DNA of 52,475 bases from Nitrospirota bacterium (GCA_046753905.1 JBHHUU010000001.1:1-52475), one strand, 5' to 3'. Positions 1 through 8,693 are shown, counted from the first letter of the stretch. Program-made: numbers and translations. Notes: generated from the sequence alone by a model not told the origin.

Positions 1-54
1 ATACGCATTATAAAGTCTTTGAAACCCCTTGCTCTGTATTAGCTGAATAGTTAC
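1..54 (-). mobile_element. Partial MITE-like repeat copy (one end only, inverted orientation, cut by window edge)
   Basis: The reverse complement of 1-54 matches the first 54 bp of the copies at 11268, 16526 and 24377 (gtaactattcagctaatacagagcaagggg...ataatgcgtat) with 1-2 mismatches. Confidence 0.8.
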
Positions 55-89
55 AACAAAAACATGAAATAGTGCTGAATAGTTGCTCA

Positions 90-1010
90 TTATGTAAAGA
101 CAGGATTCAAGGACAGGTTATACTCTTTTTCTTTTGAGTAGAGCTTTTTAGATGAAGCCCCTTCTATAACCCAGCTATCAGGGCTTTCAAGAATCTTTGC
201 AGCCAATTTAATGTTTAGAGAATGTCCTGAGCAGTAACTTATTACTTTACCTAAAACAGGCATCCCTAATAAAGAAAGGTCACCAACCAGATCCAAGACC
301 TTATGTCTGACAAACTCATCCTTATAACGGAGTCCATCATTATTCAATATTTCATTGTTTCCTATAACAATAGCATTATCTAATGAACCTCCTCTCGCCA
401 TACCCCTTGACCTTATTTCATCTATATCTTTTAAAAAGGCAAATGTTCTTGCTTTTGCTATCTCTTTAATAAATCCCTTCTGGGAAGGATAATAGGAGAT
501 TGATTGTTTGGATACTATATGATGATCAAAATCTATAGTATATAAGATTTTATTAGTAGATGCTGGTTTGACAATAATCTTTTTATTCCCCTCTTCTATC
601 TTTATCTCTCTGGTTATCCTCATACATGATTGAATCTTTTTCTGTTCTTCAATTCCAGAGTTTAAGAGAAGAGAGGTGAATGGAAATGCACTTCCATCCA
701 TGATAGGAATTTCTGATGAATCAACTTCAATATACAGATTATCAATATTAAGTCCTGCTATAGATGCCATTAGATGCTCTATTGTATGAATTGCAGTTCC
801 ATTATATTTTAATGTAGTACAAAGATCAGTACTAATAACGTTATTTACCTTGGCTTTTATATAATTAGGCCGATTATTCACATCGTTTCTGATAAAAACC
901 ACACCCGTATCAATAGAAGCAGGAGATATCCTTATTCTCACCTTTTTCCCGGAATGAAGACCTATTCCACTTATTTCTATCTCTCTTTTTATTGTTCTCT
1001 GATAACGCAT
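90..1010 (-). CDS. lpxC: UDP-3-O-acyl-N-acetylglucosamine deacetylase
   Basis: 306-aa ORF. The N-terminus RTIKREIEISGIGLHSGKKVRIRISPA, plus TIEHLMAS and FVRHKVLDLVGDL blocks, are typical of LpxC. Confidence 0.9.
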   Translation of the reverse strand: MRYQRTIKREIEISGIGLHSGKKVRIRISPASIDTGVVFIRNDVNNRPNYIKAKVNNVISTDLCTTLKYNGTAIHTIEHLMASIAGLNIDNLYIEVDSSEIPIMDGSAFPFTSLLLNSGIEEQKKIQSCMRITREIKIEEGNKKIIVKPASTNKILYTIDFDHHIVSKQSISYYPSQKGFIKEIAKARTFAFLKDIDEIRSRGMARGGSLDNAIVIGNNEILNNDGLRYKDEFVRHKVLDLVGDLSLLGMPVLGKVISYCSGHSLNIKLAAKILESPDSWVIEGASSKKLYSKEKEYNLSLNPVFT

Positions 1011-1282
1011 AATTATTATAGTTTCTTATGCAAATGTCATGCCATAATTACCAATCTTTTCTTTAAGTATAACCTATTGTTTTTGAAAAGATTTTTTCAG
1101 GGCATTTAATATTGTAACCACAAATCATAGTCATGTTGTTGTAAAAACAACACAGCATGTGTCTTTTTGGGCACGATCAGATTACTTTTAATACTTGTTG
1201 ATTTGTTGTTGATAATATCATTGGAATATGAAACAATACTGAAACTGGGTAGAAGGGGTGAAATATTGAAAGGAGGGTGAAT

Positions 1283-2266
1283 ATGGATAATGAAGATGTA
1301 ATTGATATTAAAGATTTACAGATTAAGGCTCAGAATTTCTTTAAAAATCTTCAAAAGGGAGGTGGAGCAGTTGCAGGAATTATTATCATGATCTGGCTGG
1401 CAACTGGCATATATCTTGTTGGACCTGATGAGATTGGCATTGTTAAGAGGTTTGGTGCATTTGTAAGGACTACACCCCCGGGACCCCATTATCACTTTCC
1501 ATTTCCTGTTGAGACAGTTTTAAGGCCAAAGGTAACCAAGATTCATAGAGTTGAGGTTGGATTTAGAACTGTAAGTCAGGGACCGCCTCTCCGTTTTCAA
1601 GAAGTGCCCAAAGAGGCATTGATGTTAACTGGCGATGAAAATATCGTTGCTGTAGAATTTATCGTTCAGTATAAAATCAGCGATCCAATTAATTATCTCT
1701 TTAATGTGAGATACCCAAAGGATACAATTAAGGCAGCAGCAGAGGCATCTATAAGAGACGTTATAGGGAAAAATTTAATAGATGAGGTATTAACAGTAGG
1801 TAAGGCAAAGATGCAGGAAGATACGATGATACTCTTGCAGTCAATATTAGACGGTTATAAGACAGGTATACAGGTGGTTGCAGTTCAACTACAGGATGTA
1901 TCACCTCCTAAACCTGTAATTGCAGCATTTAAAGATGTGGCAAGTGCAAGAGAGGATAAGGAGAAGTTAATCAATCAGGCACAGGGATATAGAAACGATA
2001 TACTCCCAAAGGCAAAGGGTGAGGCAGCGGTAATGATTAATAAGGCTAAAGGATACACAGAGACAAGGATCAAGAGGGCAGAAGGAGAGGCTAACAGATT
2101 TTTAAGGACATTAGAAGAATATTCCAAAACCCCTGATATAATCCGAAAGAGGATATATATAGAGACCATGGAAGAGATTCTGCCAAAGACAGATCTCATT
2201 ATTATGGAAGGTAAGTCTTCTCAGAATATACTCCCTTATCTTCCGCTGAAGAGAGGAAGAGAATAG
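1283..2266 (+). CDS. hflK: HflK-like SPFH/band-7 membrane protease modulator
   Basis: One N-terminal TM helix followed by an SPFH domain (GPDEIGIVKRFG..., coiled C-terminus). It lies directly upstream of hflC. ATG 1283 sits 5 nt after a GGAGGG Shine-Dalgarno sequence. The ORF track starts at GTG 1277. Confidence 0.85.
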   Translation: MDNEDVIDIKDLQIKAQNFFKNLQKGGGAVAGIIIMIWLATGIYLVGPDEIGIVKRFGAFVRTTPPGPHYHFPFPVETVLRPKVTKIHRVEVGFRTVSQGPPLRFQEVPKEALMLTGDENIVAVEFIVQYKISDPINYLFNVRYPKDTIKAAAEASIRDVIGKNLIDEVLTVGKAKMQEDTMILLQSILDGYKTGIQVVAVQLQDVSPPKPVIAAFKDVASAREDKEKLINQAQGYRNDILPKAKGEAAVMINKAKGYTETRIKRAEGEANRFLRTLEEYSKTPDIIRKRIYIETMEEILPKTDLIIMEGKSSQNILPYLPLKRGRE

Positions 2267-2280
2267 ATTGGTTTAATTGG

Positions 2281-2350
2281 AGTTATGGAGTTATTGGTAA
2301 AACTAACTAATAAGACTAATAAGACTAATAAGACTAATAACTCCATAACT
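2281..2350. repeat. Intergenic hairpin with a 15-bp stem whose loop carries a 9-nt tandem array
   Basis: agttatggagttatt (2281-2295) pairs with aataactccataact (2336-2350). The loop contains (actaataag)x4 at 2306-2341. Confidence 0.85.
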
Positions 2351-2365
2351 TAAAGGAGGTAAGAG

Positions 2366-3217
2366 ATGAAGAGTAAAATAGTAATCCTTATTATTATAGT
2401 TTTTGTGCTATTTTTCCTTCCCCAGATACTTTTTATTGTGGACCAGACAGAATCAGCTATTGTAATACAGTTAGGAAAACCGATGAGAACTATTATGGAA
2501 CCAGGACTCCACTTTAAGACGCCATTTATTCAGGAGGTGATCTTTTTTGACAATAGATTGCTTGATTATGACGCCCTGCCAAAGGATATTATAACCAAGG
2601 ATAAGAAGACCCTTGTTGTTGATAATTATGCCAAGTGGCGGATAAAAGATCCCCTGAAGGTCTATCAGTCAGTAAGAGATGAAAGAGGGGCGCAGACAAG
2701 GTTAGATGATATTATCTATTCTGAGTTGAGGGTAGATCTCGGAGTTCATAATCTGATTGAGATAGTGTCAAAACAGAGATCAAGTATAATGAAAACTGTC
2801 ACACAGAGAAGCAGTGAAAAGGCTTCAGCCTTTGGTATAGAGATAACTGATGTAAGGATTAAGAGAGCAGACCTCCCCCTTGAAAATGAAAATGCAGTCT
2901 ATGCAAGAATGGAGACAGAGAGGCAAAGAGAGGCAAAGAGATACAGGTCTGAAGGAGGAGAGGAATCTCAAAAGATAAAGTCATTGGCAGATAAGGAGAA
3001 AGCGATCATATTAGCTGAAGCCTATAGGGAATCTCAGGAATTAATGGGGAGAGGTGATGCAGAGGCATTTAAAAAATATGCAGCCGCATATAAAAAAGAT
3101 CCCAGTTTTTTTGAATTTATGAGGACAATGGATGCCTATAAAGAGACTTTTACTCCTGGCACAACATTAGTCCTTACACCTGATTCAGAATACTTGAAAT
3201 ACCTGAAGAGAGATTAG
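2366..3217 (+). CDS. hflC: HflC-like SPFH/band-7 protein
   Basis: N-terminal TM helix and an SPFH domain (QTESAIVIQLGKP..., RIKRADLP). AGGAGG Shine-Dalgarno sequence 6 nt upstream. Paired with hflK. Confidence 0.85.
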   Translation: MKSKIVILIIIVFVLFFLPQILFIVDQTESAIVIQLGKPMRTIMEPGLHFKTPFIQEVIFFDNRLLDYDALPKDIITKDKKTLVVDNYAKWRIKDPLKVYQSVRDERGAQTRLDDIIYSELRVDLGVHNLIEIVSKQRSSIMKTVTQRSSEKASAFGIEITDVRIKRADLPLENENAVYARMETERQREAKRYRSEGGEESQKIKSLADKEKAIILAEAYRESQELMGRGDAEAFKKYAAAYKKDPSFFEFMRTMDAYKETFTPGTTLVLTPDSEYLKYLKRD

Positions 3218-3264
3218 GGTCTCACCGCAACCCTCTCCCAAATACGGATATTTGTTCTCTATCA

Positions 3265-3349
3265 GTCATCCTGAGAGGAGCGAAGGATTTGTTTTTTGGT
3301 GTCTTTCTTCAGTTTTTTAAAGCAGATCCTTTGTTTCACTCAGGATGAC
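3265..3349. repeat. REP-like palindromic element between two convergent genes; possible bidirectional terminator
   Basis: gtcatcctgagaggagcgaaggatttg faces cagatcctttgtttcactcaggatgac. The outer 11 bp are perfectly complementary and there is an inner aaggat/atcctt pair. Confidence 0.75.
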
Positions 3350-3451
3350 AACCTATTGGAATTACTACACTTTATTTAGTAATAAAAGTGTCTATAATTA
3401 TGCTGAATGGTTACGTCTGGCTTAGGATATTTTCTATCTCTGTTTTTGGGT

Positions 3452-3979
3452 TTAATGAATACCATTCTGTACTGCCTCCTCAAAATTGAATGGTCTGATA
3501 TTAAAGAATGGATTTTTTTTATTATGGCAGTTCAAACATTTCTTTTTGTCTGCCATCTGCAGACCAGCATCTATTGCATCCTGTTTATCAAACTGAGGAT
3601 TGTCTATCATTATCTTCATATATTCGTCTCCAGGCCCATGACACATCTCACAACCAACTCCTATCATGTCGGGACTTTCTCTCCTGTTTATAAATCCACC
3701 TGCCTTGCCAAATCCTGTGACATGACACTGAAGACACTTTGGAATTACTGTATAGTCTTTTAAGTGATCTATTCCTGCCTCTCTTTTCTCATCATGTTTC
3801 TCGAGCGGCTTCAGAGAATCAAAGGCATAGGCATGTCCTGTATTCTTCCATGCATTATATTCCTTTATATGACATACTTTGCATGCCCTTGAACCGACAT
3901 ATCCCTTTTTCTTTGCTGTGACAGTAATAGGAATAAATATAAAAGTTATTAGCAATAGATATGATAAAAACACCCTCAT
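3452..3979 (-). CDS. Tetraheme cytochrome c (secreted)
   Basis: Signal peptide plus four CXXCH motifs (CKVCH, CLQCH, CEMCH, CLNCH). Its start overlaps the upstream stop codon (ATGA). Confidence 0.85.
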   Translation of the reverse strand: MRVFLSYLLLITFIFIPITVTAKKKGYVGSRACKVCHIKEYNAWKNTGHAYAFDSLKPLEKHDEKREAGIDHLKDYTVIPKCLQCHVTGFGKAGGFINRRESPDMIGVGCEMCHGPGDEYMKIMIDNPQFDKQDAIDAGLQMADKKKCLNCHNKKNPFFNIRPFNFEEAVQNGIH

Positions 3980-5271
3980 CCCGAGAGATCCTTTTTTCTG
4001 ATAATATAAAGTTTCACAAATATAAAGAATATTATAACAAAAACCATCAAAATTACAATAAGATAATCTCTAAACCTATCTTTTAATTCATCTCTGAATT
4101 CTTGAACGGTCTTCAGTATATCTTCTGATATAGTGGCAGCCTCTTTGATATGTTGATTTATAGTCTCTACATTAAGGGAATGCGATGCTGATGGAATCAT
4201 AAGTATATGAGTTACTGCATCAGAATATTTATTATTAAGGTCTGTAATATTTCTACCTGCATCCTTTAATTCCTCTATTCCATTCTTTGCCTCTTCCAAT
4301 ATAGCCTTAGCCTCGTCTATATTCTTTTTTATCAGTGTAGCTACCTGATATTGGATAGAAGATGAATCATGGCATACTCCACAGTCACGTTCCTTATCAC
4401 CAATAAACTTATCCGGTGTAGGAGGGATATTTTTATGATTCCCGTGACATGTTATACATGTAGGGATACCTATTTGTTGAAGCATGCTGAAGTGCACACT
4501 TTTCTTGAAATTTTCCAGAACTACAGAATGACAATGACCACATACACCAGGTATATCAATCGGCGAAAGTGATCTCTCGCCATGCTTTCCATGACATGTG
4601 GTACAGTTAGGTGCTGCTAAAGGATTTTTATCTGAGAGCTTGCCATAGATGATCTTGCCATGTACGCCTTCTTTAAATAATTTAACCTGATCTGTAGGTA
4701 TATCATAGCCGTCCATTATCTCTTTTGAAGAATGACATTTCCCGCATGTATCAGGCAGATTTAATCTATAGACAGGGGAGTTTCTGTCAGTAACCTTTTT
4801 AATATCATGCCTTCCGTGGCAATCAATACATACGGCTGCTTTTTCATCTCTCTCTTCAGATAACAACCTTCCATGAACACTCTTTTTATAGTTTGCATAT
4901 TGATCAGTGGGGATATTATATTTGCCCATTTTATCAGCATTGGCATGACATTTAGCACATAGTTCAGGTATCATAAACCTTGTAGGCTTTCCTATAAAGC
5001 CTGCATCTTTACTCATTGCCTTTCTTGTAAGAAGAGTCGGATCTCCTCCATGACAATCAGAACAGATTATTCCTGCCTCTTTATGTATGCTCTTTTTCCA
5101 GTTTACCACAGGCATACGCAATCTCTTGGCTTTTAGCCCTTTATGACAGAGAACACAGCTATTCACCTCCACTTTTTTAAACTTGGCGATGCTATCATCT
5201 CCACAGGTAAAGAGTATAATCAGACTGATAAGAATTATTACAGAGTTTTTATGAGTTTTTAAAAGATTCAT
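3976..5271 (-). CDS. Nonaheme cytochrome c with a C-terminal membrane anchor
   Basis: Nine CXXCH motifs (CVLCH, CSDCH, CAKCH, CIDCH, CGKCH, CTTCH, CGHCH, CITCH, CGVCH). N-terminal signal with Cys (LFTCG). C-terminal helical region followed by a TM segment (YLIVILMVFVIIFFIFV). Confidence 0.85.
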   Translation of the reverse strand: MNLLKTHKNSVIILISLIILFTCGDDSIAKFKKVEVNSCVLCHKGLKAKRLRMPVVNWKKSIHKEAGIICSDCHGGDPTLLTRKAMSKDAGFIGKPTRFMIPELCAKCHANADKMGKYNIPTDQYANYKKSVHGRLLSEERDEKAAVCIDCHGRHDIKKVTDRNSPVYRLNLPDTCGKCHSSKEIMDGYDIPTDQVKLFKEGVHGKIIYGKLSDKNPLAAPNCTTCHGKHGERSLSPIDIPGVCGHCHSVVLENFKKSVHFSMLQQIGIPTCITCHGNHKNIPPTPDKFIGDKERDCGVCHDSSSIQYQVATLIKKNIDEAKAILEEAKNGIEELKDAGRNITDLNNKYSDAVTHILMIPSASHSLNVETINQHIKEAATISEDILKTVQEFRDELKDRFRDYLIVILMVFVIIFFIFVKLYIIRKKDLSG

Positions 5272-5314
5272 AAATAAGGATTTTCGTCTCCTAACTCCTG
5301 ACTGACTCCCAAAA

Positions 5315-6100
5315 TTATGAGATATAACCCAATATTGTAAAGAATATAAATCCTATTACCCCTAATATCCCGATAGTTGTTGCAATAGGCCTTTTTTTAG
5401 GATGTCTTTCTGGATTTTTATCAAAAAAAGGGAGTACAATAAGTAATAGTAAGAATATCATCTGCCCTACAACACCTATTACTTTAGGTGCCCATTGCCC
5501 CATAAATGTTAATACTTCAGATACCTTTAATATCTGATAAGAGGCAAGAAAAAACCACTCTGGTTTAATATGCTCAGGAGTAATTAAGGGATCTGCCTTG
5601 GGTTCCATAGGGGCAGGATTGAATATAACTAATGTGGAAATTATCCCTATCATAATAAAGACAACTATTATCTCTTTTAATGCGTGATCTGGCCAGAATG
5701 GAATTCCGCCCTCCTCTTCATATACAGGATTTAACAGATCTCTTGCAGATATAATCCCTACAGGTTTTCCATTGGCTGTAACCAGAAGATGTCTTATATG
5801 ATACCAGCTCATTGTCTCATTTGCCTTTACAGTGGATTCATTTTCATCAATCGCAGAGATAGGATAACTCATCACAGATTCAACAGATATTCGCGAGGGA
5901 GCAGCAGTCTTTTTTGTCATCACCTTTTTTACTATATCTACATCAGTGATAATGCCTACATATTCTTCCTCTTTCTTTACAAGTAGACTGTTTACCTTAT
6001 GCTGTTTCATGGTTGAGGCAGCACTCTTCACAGTCTCATTGTATGAGATAGAAAGGGGATTTGTAGTCATTACCTTTTTAACTGGAATTATAGGGATCAT
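5315..6100 (-). CDS. CBS-pair domain fused to cytochrome bc/b6f subunit IV (cytochrome b C-terminal part)
   Basis: Residues 1-125 form two CBS-like repeats (VMTTNPLSI...VGIITDVDIV and VMSYPISAI...VGIISARDLL). Residues 126-261 carry three TM helices and the subunit-IV/PetD signature PEHIKPEWFFLASYQILK. Confidence 0.8.
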   Translation of the reverse strand: MIPIIPVKKVMTTNPLSISYNETVKSAASTMKQHKVNSLLVKKEEEYVGIITDVDIVKKVMTKKTAAPSRISVESVMSYPISAIDENESTVKANETMSWYHIRHLLVTANGKPVGIISARDLLNPVYEEEGGIPFWPDHALKEIIVVFIMIGIISTLVIFNPAPMEPKADPLITPEHIKPEWFFLASYQILKVSEVLTFMGQWAPKVIGVVGQMIFLLLLIVLPFFDKNPERHPKKRPIATTIGILGVIGFIFFTILGYIS

Positions 6101-6107
6101 TTCTTTA

Positions 6108-6160
6108 GTTCCTTGTTAGTTCCTTGTTCTTGGTTATTAGTTCTTAGTTTTTTGTTCAAA
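6108..6160. repeat. Heptanucleotide tandem array in the cyt b / subunit IV spacer
   Basis: gttcctt gtta gttcctt gttcttg gttatta gttctta gtttttt gttcaaa (consensus GTTCTTN). Confidence 0.8.
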
Positions 6161-6198
6161 AATTTAAAACAAAGCGCTAAGGGTTTACCGCAAAATAA

Positions 6199-6936
6199 TT
6201 ACAGTGACTCAGAGATGCCCAGCCTCCTCAATATTAAAAAGTGCAATGCCAGAAGACCTACCATAATCCACGGAAGTATAATGACATGCAGGGCAAAGAA
6301 TCTTGTCAGGGTAATCTGACCTACATCAGGACCACCTCTAATCAGGTTTTTCAGCATTGGGCCTATCACAGGGACAGCACCTGGTATCTCTGTTCCAACA
6401 GTAGTAGCCCAATAAGATATCTGGTTCCACGGCAGAAGATATCCTGTAAAGCCAAATGTAAGTGTAAGACATAGCAAAATCACACCTACTACCCAATTCA
6501 GGTCCCTTGGAGGTTTATATGCACCATAGAAGTATATTCTTACCATGTGTATCAATATAGTAATCATCATTATATTTGCTGACCAGTGATGAAATCCTCT
6601 GATTAACCACCCGAACGGTGCATTATTGGTTATATGCACCACACTCTCATAGGCATGATCTATGGTTGGTCTGTAATACATTAAGAGCATTACTCCGCTT
6701 GTTGCATTTATTACAAATAGCAGGAATGTAATCCCTCCAAAGCAGAACCAGAAATTTACATGACCCGGCACAGGTTTTTTAAGAACCTTTTTAAGGGAAT
6801 CTCTTAACTCCAATCTCTCATCAAGCTCTCCATAGAATAATCCTGTTGCCAGAGTAAGCCAGTTAAGTATACCTTTGAGATTTACCTTTTTTTCAGTCTT
6901 CTTTGCTATATCATTTATCTCTTTTTGTCTAAACAT
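6199..6936 (-). CDS. Cytochrome b6-type subunit (N-terminal four-helix part of cytochrome b)
   Basis: FHHWSANIMMITILIHMVRIYFYGAYKPPRDLNW and TRFFALHVIILP blocks with the conserved heme-ligand histidines. Split-type b followed by a separate subunit IV gene. Confidence 0.9.
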   Translation of the reverse strand: MFRQKEINDIAKKTEKKVNLKGILNWLTLATGLFYGELDERLELRDSLKKVLKKPVPGHVNFWFCFGGITFLLFVINATSGVMLLMYYRPTIDHAYESVVHITNNAPFGWLIRGFHHWSANIMMITILIHMVRIYFYGAYKPPRDLNWVVGVILLCLTLTFGFTGYLLPWNQISYWATTVGTEIPGAVPVIGPMLKNLIRGGPDVGQITLTRFFALHVIILPWIMVGLLALHFLILRRLGISESL

Positions 6937-6987
6937 TCTCCCCTCACCCTTAACAATTATTTTCCTGTCTCTTGCGGCAGAAAATTT

Positions 6988-7101
6988 GAATAATGAATAT
7001 CGAATATGGTTACTGAGCCTGTCGAAGTAAGAAATGATATGTGTAGATGGAAAAGAGTGTAAATAAATTCATCATTCAATATTCCTTGTTCGATATTCAT
7101 T
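6988..7101. repeat. Inverted repeat built from heptamers in the Rieske / cyt b spacer
   Basis: The left arm is gaataat gaatatc gaatatg. aatgaatatcgaa (6992-7004) is the exact complement of ttcgatattcatt (7089-7101). The right arm overlaps the Rieske stop codon. Confidence 0.75.
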
Positions 7102-7573
7102 ACCCTATTATGATCTTATCATCTACAATTTTAGTTTCGTATGTAGGGAGGGGCTTAGGAGCTGGTCCTCCCAGTACATTCCCATTAAGGTCAAAAGAAG
7201 AGGCATGACATGGGCAAAACAGTATATTTTTATCAGGCTGCCACTCTACAATGCACCCTAGATGAGTACATATAAGTGAAATCGCATGGACATTATTATC
7301 AACCATAATTACACCTATTGGTCTCCCCTTTAATATTACCTTTTTTATCCTGCCTTCCGGAAGGATATCGGATAAAGGAAGACTTATCCTCTTATCATCA
7401 ACGCCTCCTCTTGTCTTTTCTGTAGGCCAAATATATTTCAGTCCTGTGTATCCTGCCCCTATTGATGCTATTATTCCCCATATAACTATGCCGATATTAA
7501 TTGTCTGCTCAAAAAAACTTCGTCTATCTATATTATTCGAACTGTTCTCTTCATGTTTCGTTATATCTTCCAT
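7100..7573 (-). CDS. Rieske [2Fe-2S] subunit
   Basis: N-terminal TM helix plus the cluster-binding boxes CTHLGC and CPCHAS. Confidence 0.9.
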   Translation of the reverse strand: MEDITKHEENSSNNIDRRSFFEQTINIGIVIWGIIASIGAGYTGLKYIWPTEKTRGGVDDKRISLPLSDILPEGRIKKVILKGRPIGVIMVDNNVHAISLICTHLGCIVEWQPDKNILFCPCHASSFDLNGNVLGGPAPKPLPTYETKIVDDKIIIG

Positions 7574-7736
7574 TAAAGTACCTCTTTAAAGTAAGACATT
7601 TTATTTATCTCCGATAAGTTTAGTTAAACTAACATCTTTGTTATAATATAAACATAGCACAAAGTCTGATAATTGTCTAATTCCCAAAAACTTGAGATAT
7701 AAATGGGAGAGGGTTGAGGTGAGGGTGAAATATTGA

Positions 7737-8672
7737 TCAGAAATGGAATCTGATGGTAATACTTGCCTCAACGCCATTTAATTCTAATGGAAGTTCTATT
7801 GGAACCCTGACTGTCCTTTCTACATTGCTGCTCGTATCTATACCAAAGGTAAGAGCATCACCTTCTTCAGGTGGTGGCGGTGGTGTAGGCTGACTATCAC
7901 CTGCCAGCGCAGGGACATCTACAACTGGCGGAAAGTTTGGCGGAAAGTACCTGTCTATCTTGACTTTTAGTGTCTTACCAATAACATAGTTGAGCTTAAT
8001 TCCAAAAGAAAGCCATTTTCTTAAAAAGTATTCTCCTCCCATTCCAATACGTGAAGTATAGGCTAAACCTCTTGCTTCTGTAGAGCTGACAGAAGCAAAA
8101 CTCAGACCAAATTCAGGTGCGACTACCTTTATTAGGGAATCCATTGTGAGATGAGACAGTGAAACACCTAAAAATTCAATATTGGTGAATAGTGTGCTAT
8201 GCTCTTTGTTATCAAACAGGTTATATCTCCAGCCTATCCAGAATTGATTTATTGTAATGTTATACGCTGCGCTTCTTGGCGCCAGGACAGTGTCATCAAG
8301 GGTAAGTATCGGCAGGTCATATAAGTCTTCTGATTTCCCCCTTCCTTCCCATATTGAAATTGTAAATGTCAGACTATGTCTCTCTTTTATCCTATATTGT
8401 GCCTCTATACCATAATTAAACTTCTCTTTTATGTTTGATACCGTGATGTTTCTATCGCTCCTATTCACATCTTTTATACTGCCGGGCAAAAGAAAATTAG
8501 GGTCCTGTTCTATTGCCAGACTACTATCATTAATCACCCTCCTTAATGTCTTCAGAGAGGGTTTATAATATCCCATTATATATCCTATGCTCCATCTTGA
8601 CTCCTCTCCATATACCTGTCCACAACAGAATATTAATACTATAAGAAATGACAAAAATAGCCTGATTTTCAC
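7737..8672 (-). CDS. Hypothetical outer-membrane beta-barrel protein
   Basis: Signal peptide, alternating beta-strand pattern, a PTPPPPPEEG insert, and a C-terminal ...RFHF typical of OMP sorting signals. No family recognised. Confidence 0.5.
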   Translation of the reverse strand: MKIRLFLSFLIVLIFCCGQVYGEESRWSIGYIMGYYKPSLKTLRRVINDSSLAIEQDPNFLLPGSIKDVNRSDRNITVSNIKEKFNYGIEAQYRIKERHSLTFTISIWEGRGKSEDLYDLPILTLDDTVLAPRSAAYNITINQFWIGWRYNLFDNKEHSTLFTNIEFLGVSLSHLTMDSLIKVVAPEFGLSFASVSSTEARGLAYTSRIGMGGEYFLRKWLSFGIKLNYVIGKTLKVKIDRYFPPNFPPVVDVPALAGDSQPTPPPPPEEGDALTFGIDTSSNVERTVRVPIELPLELNGVEASITIRFHF

Positions 8673-8693
8673 CCTCTGTTTTTTCTCCTTTGA

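Noticed and set aside
1011-1282. Structured RNA or regulatory element in the lpxC/hflK divergent spacer
   Set aside because: Only a weak imperfect hairpin (catgttgttg..caacacagcatg) and AT-rich sequence are visible. There is nothing beyond what a divergent promoter region would show.
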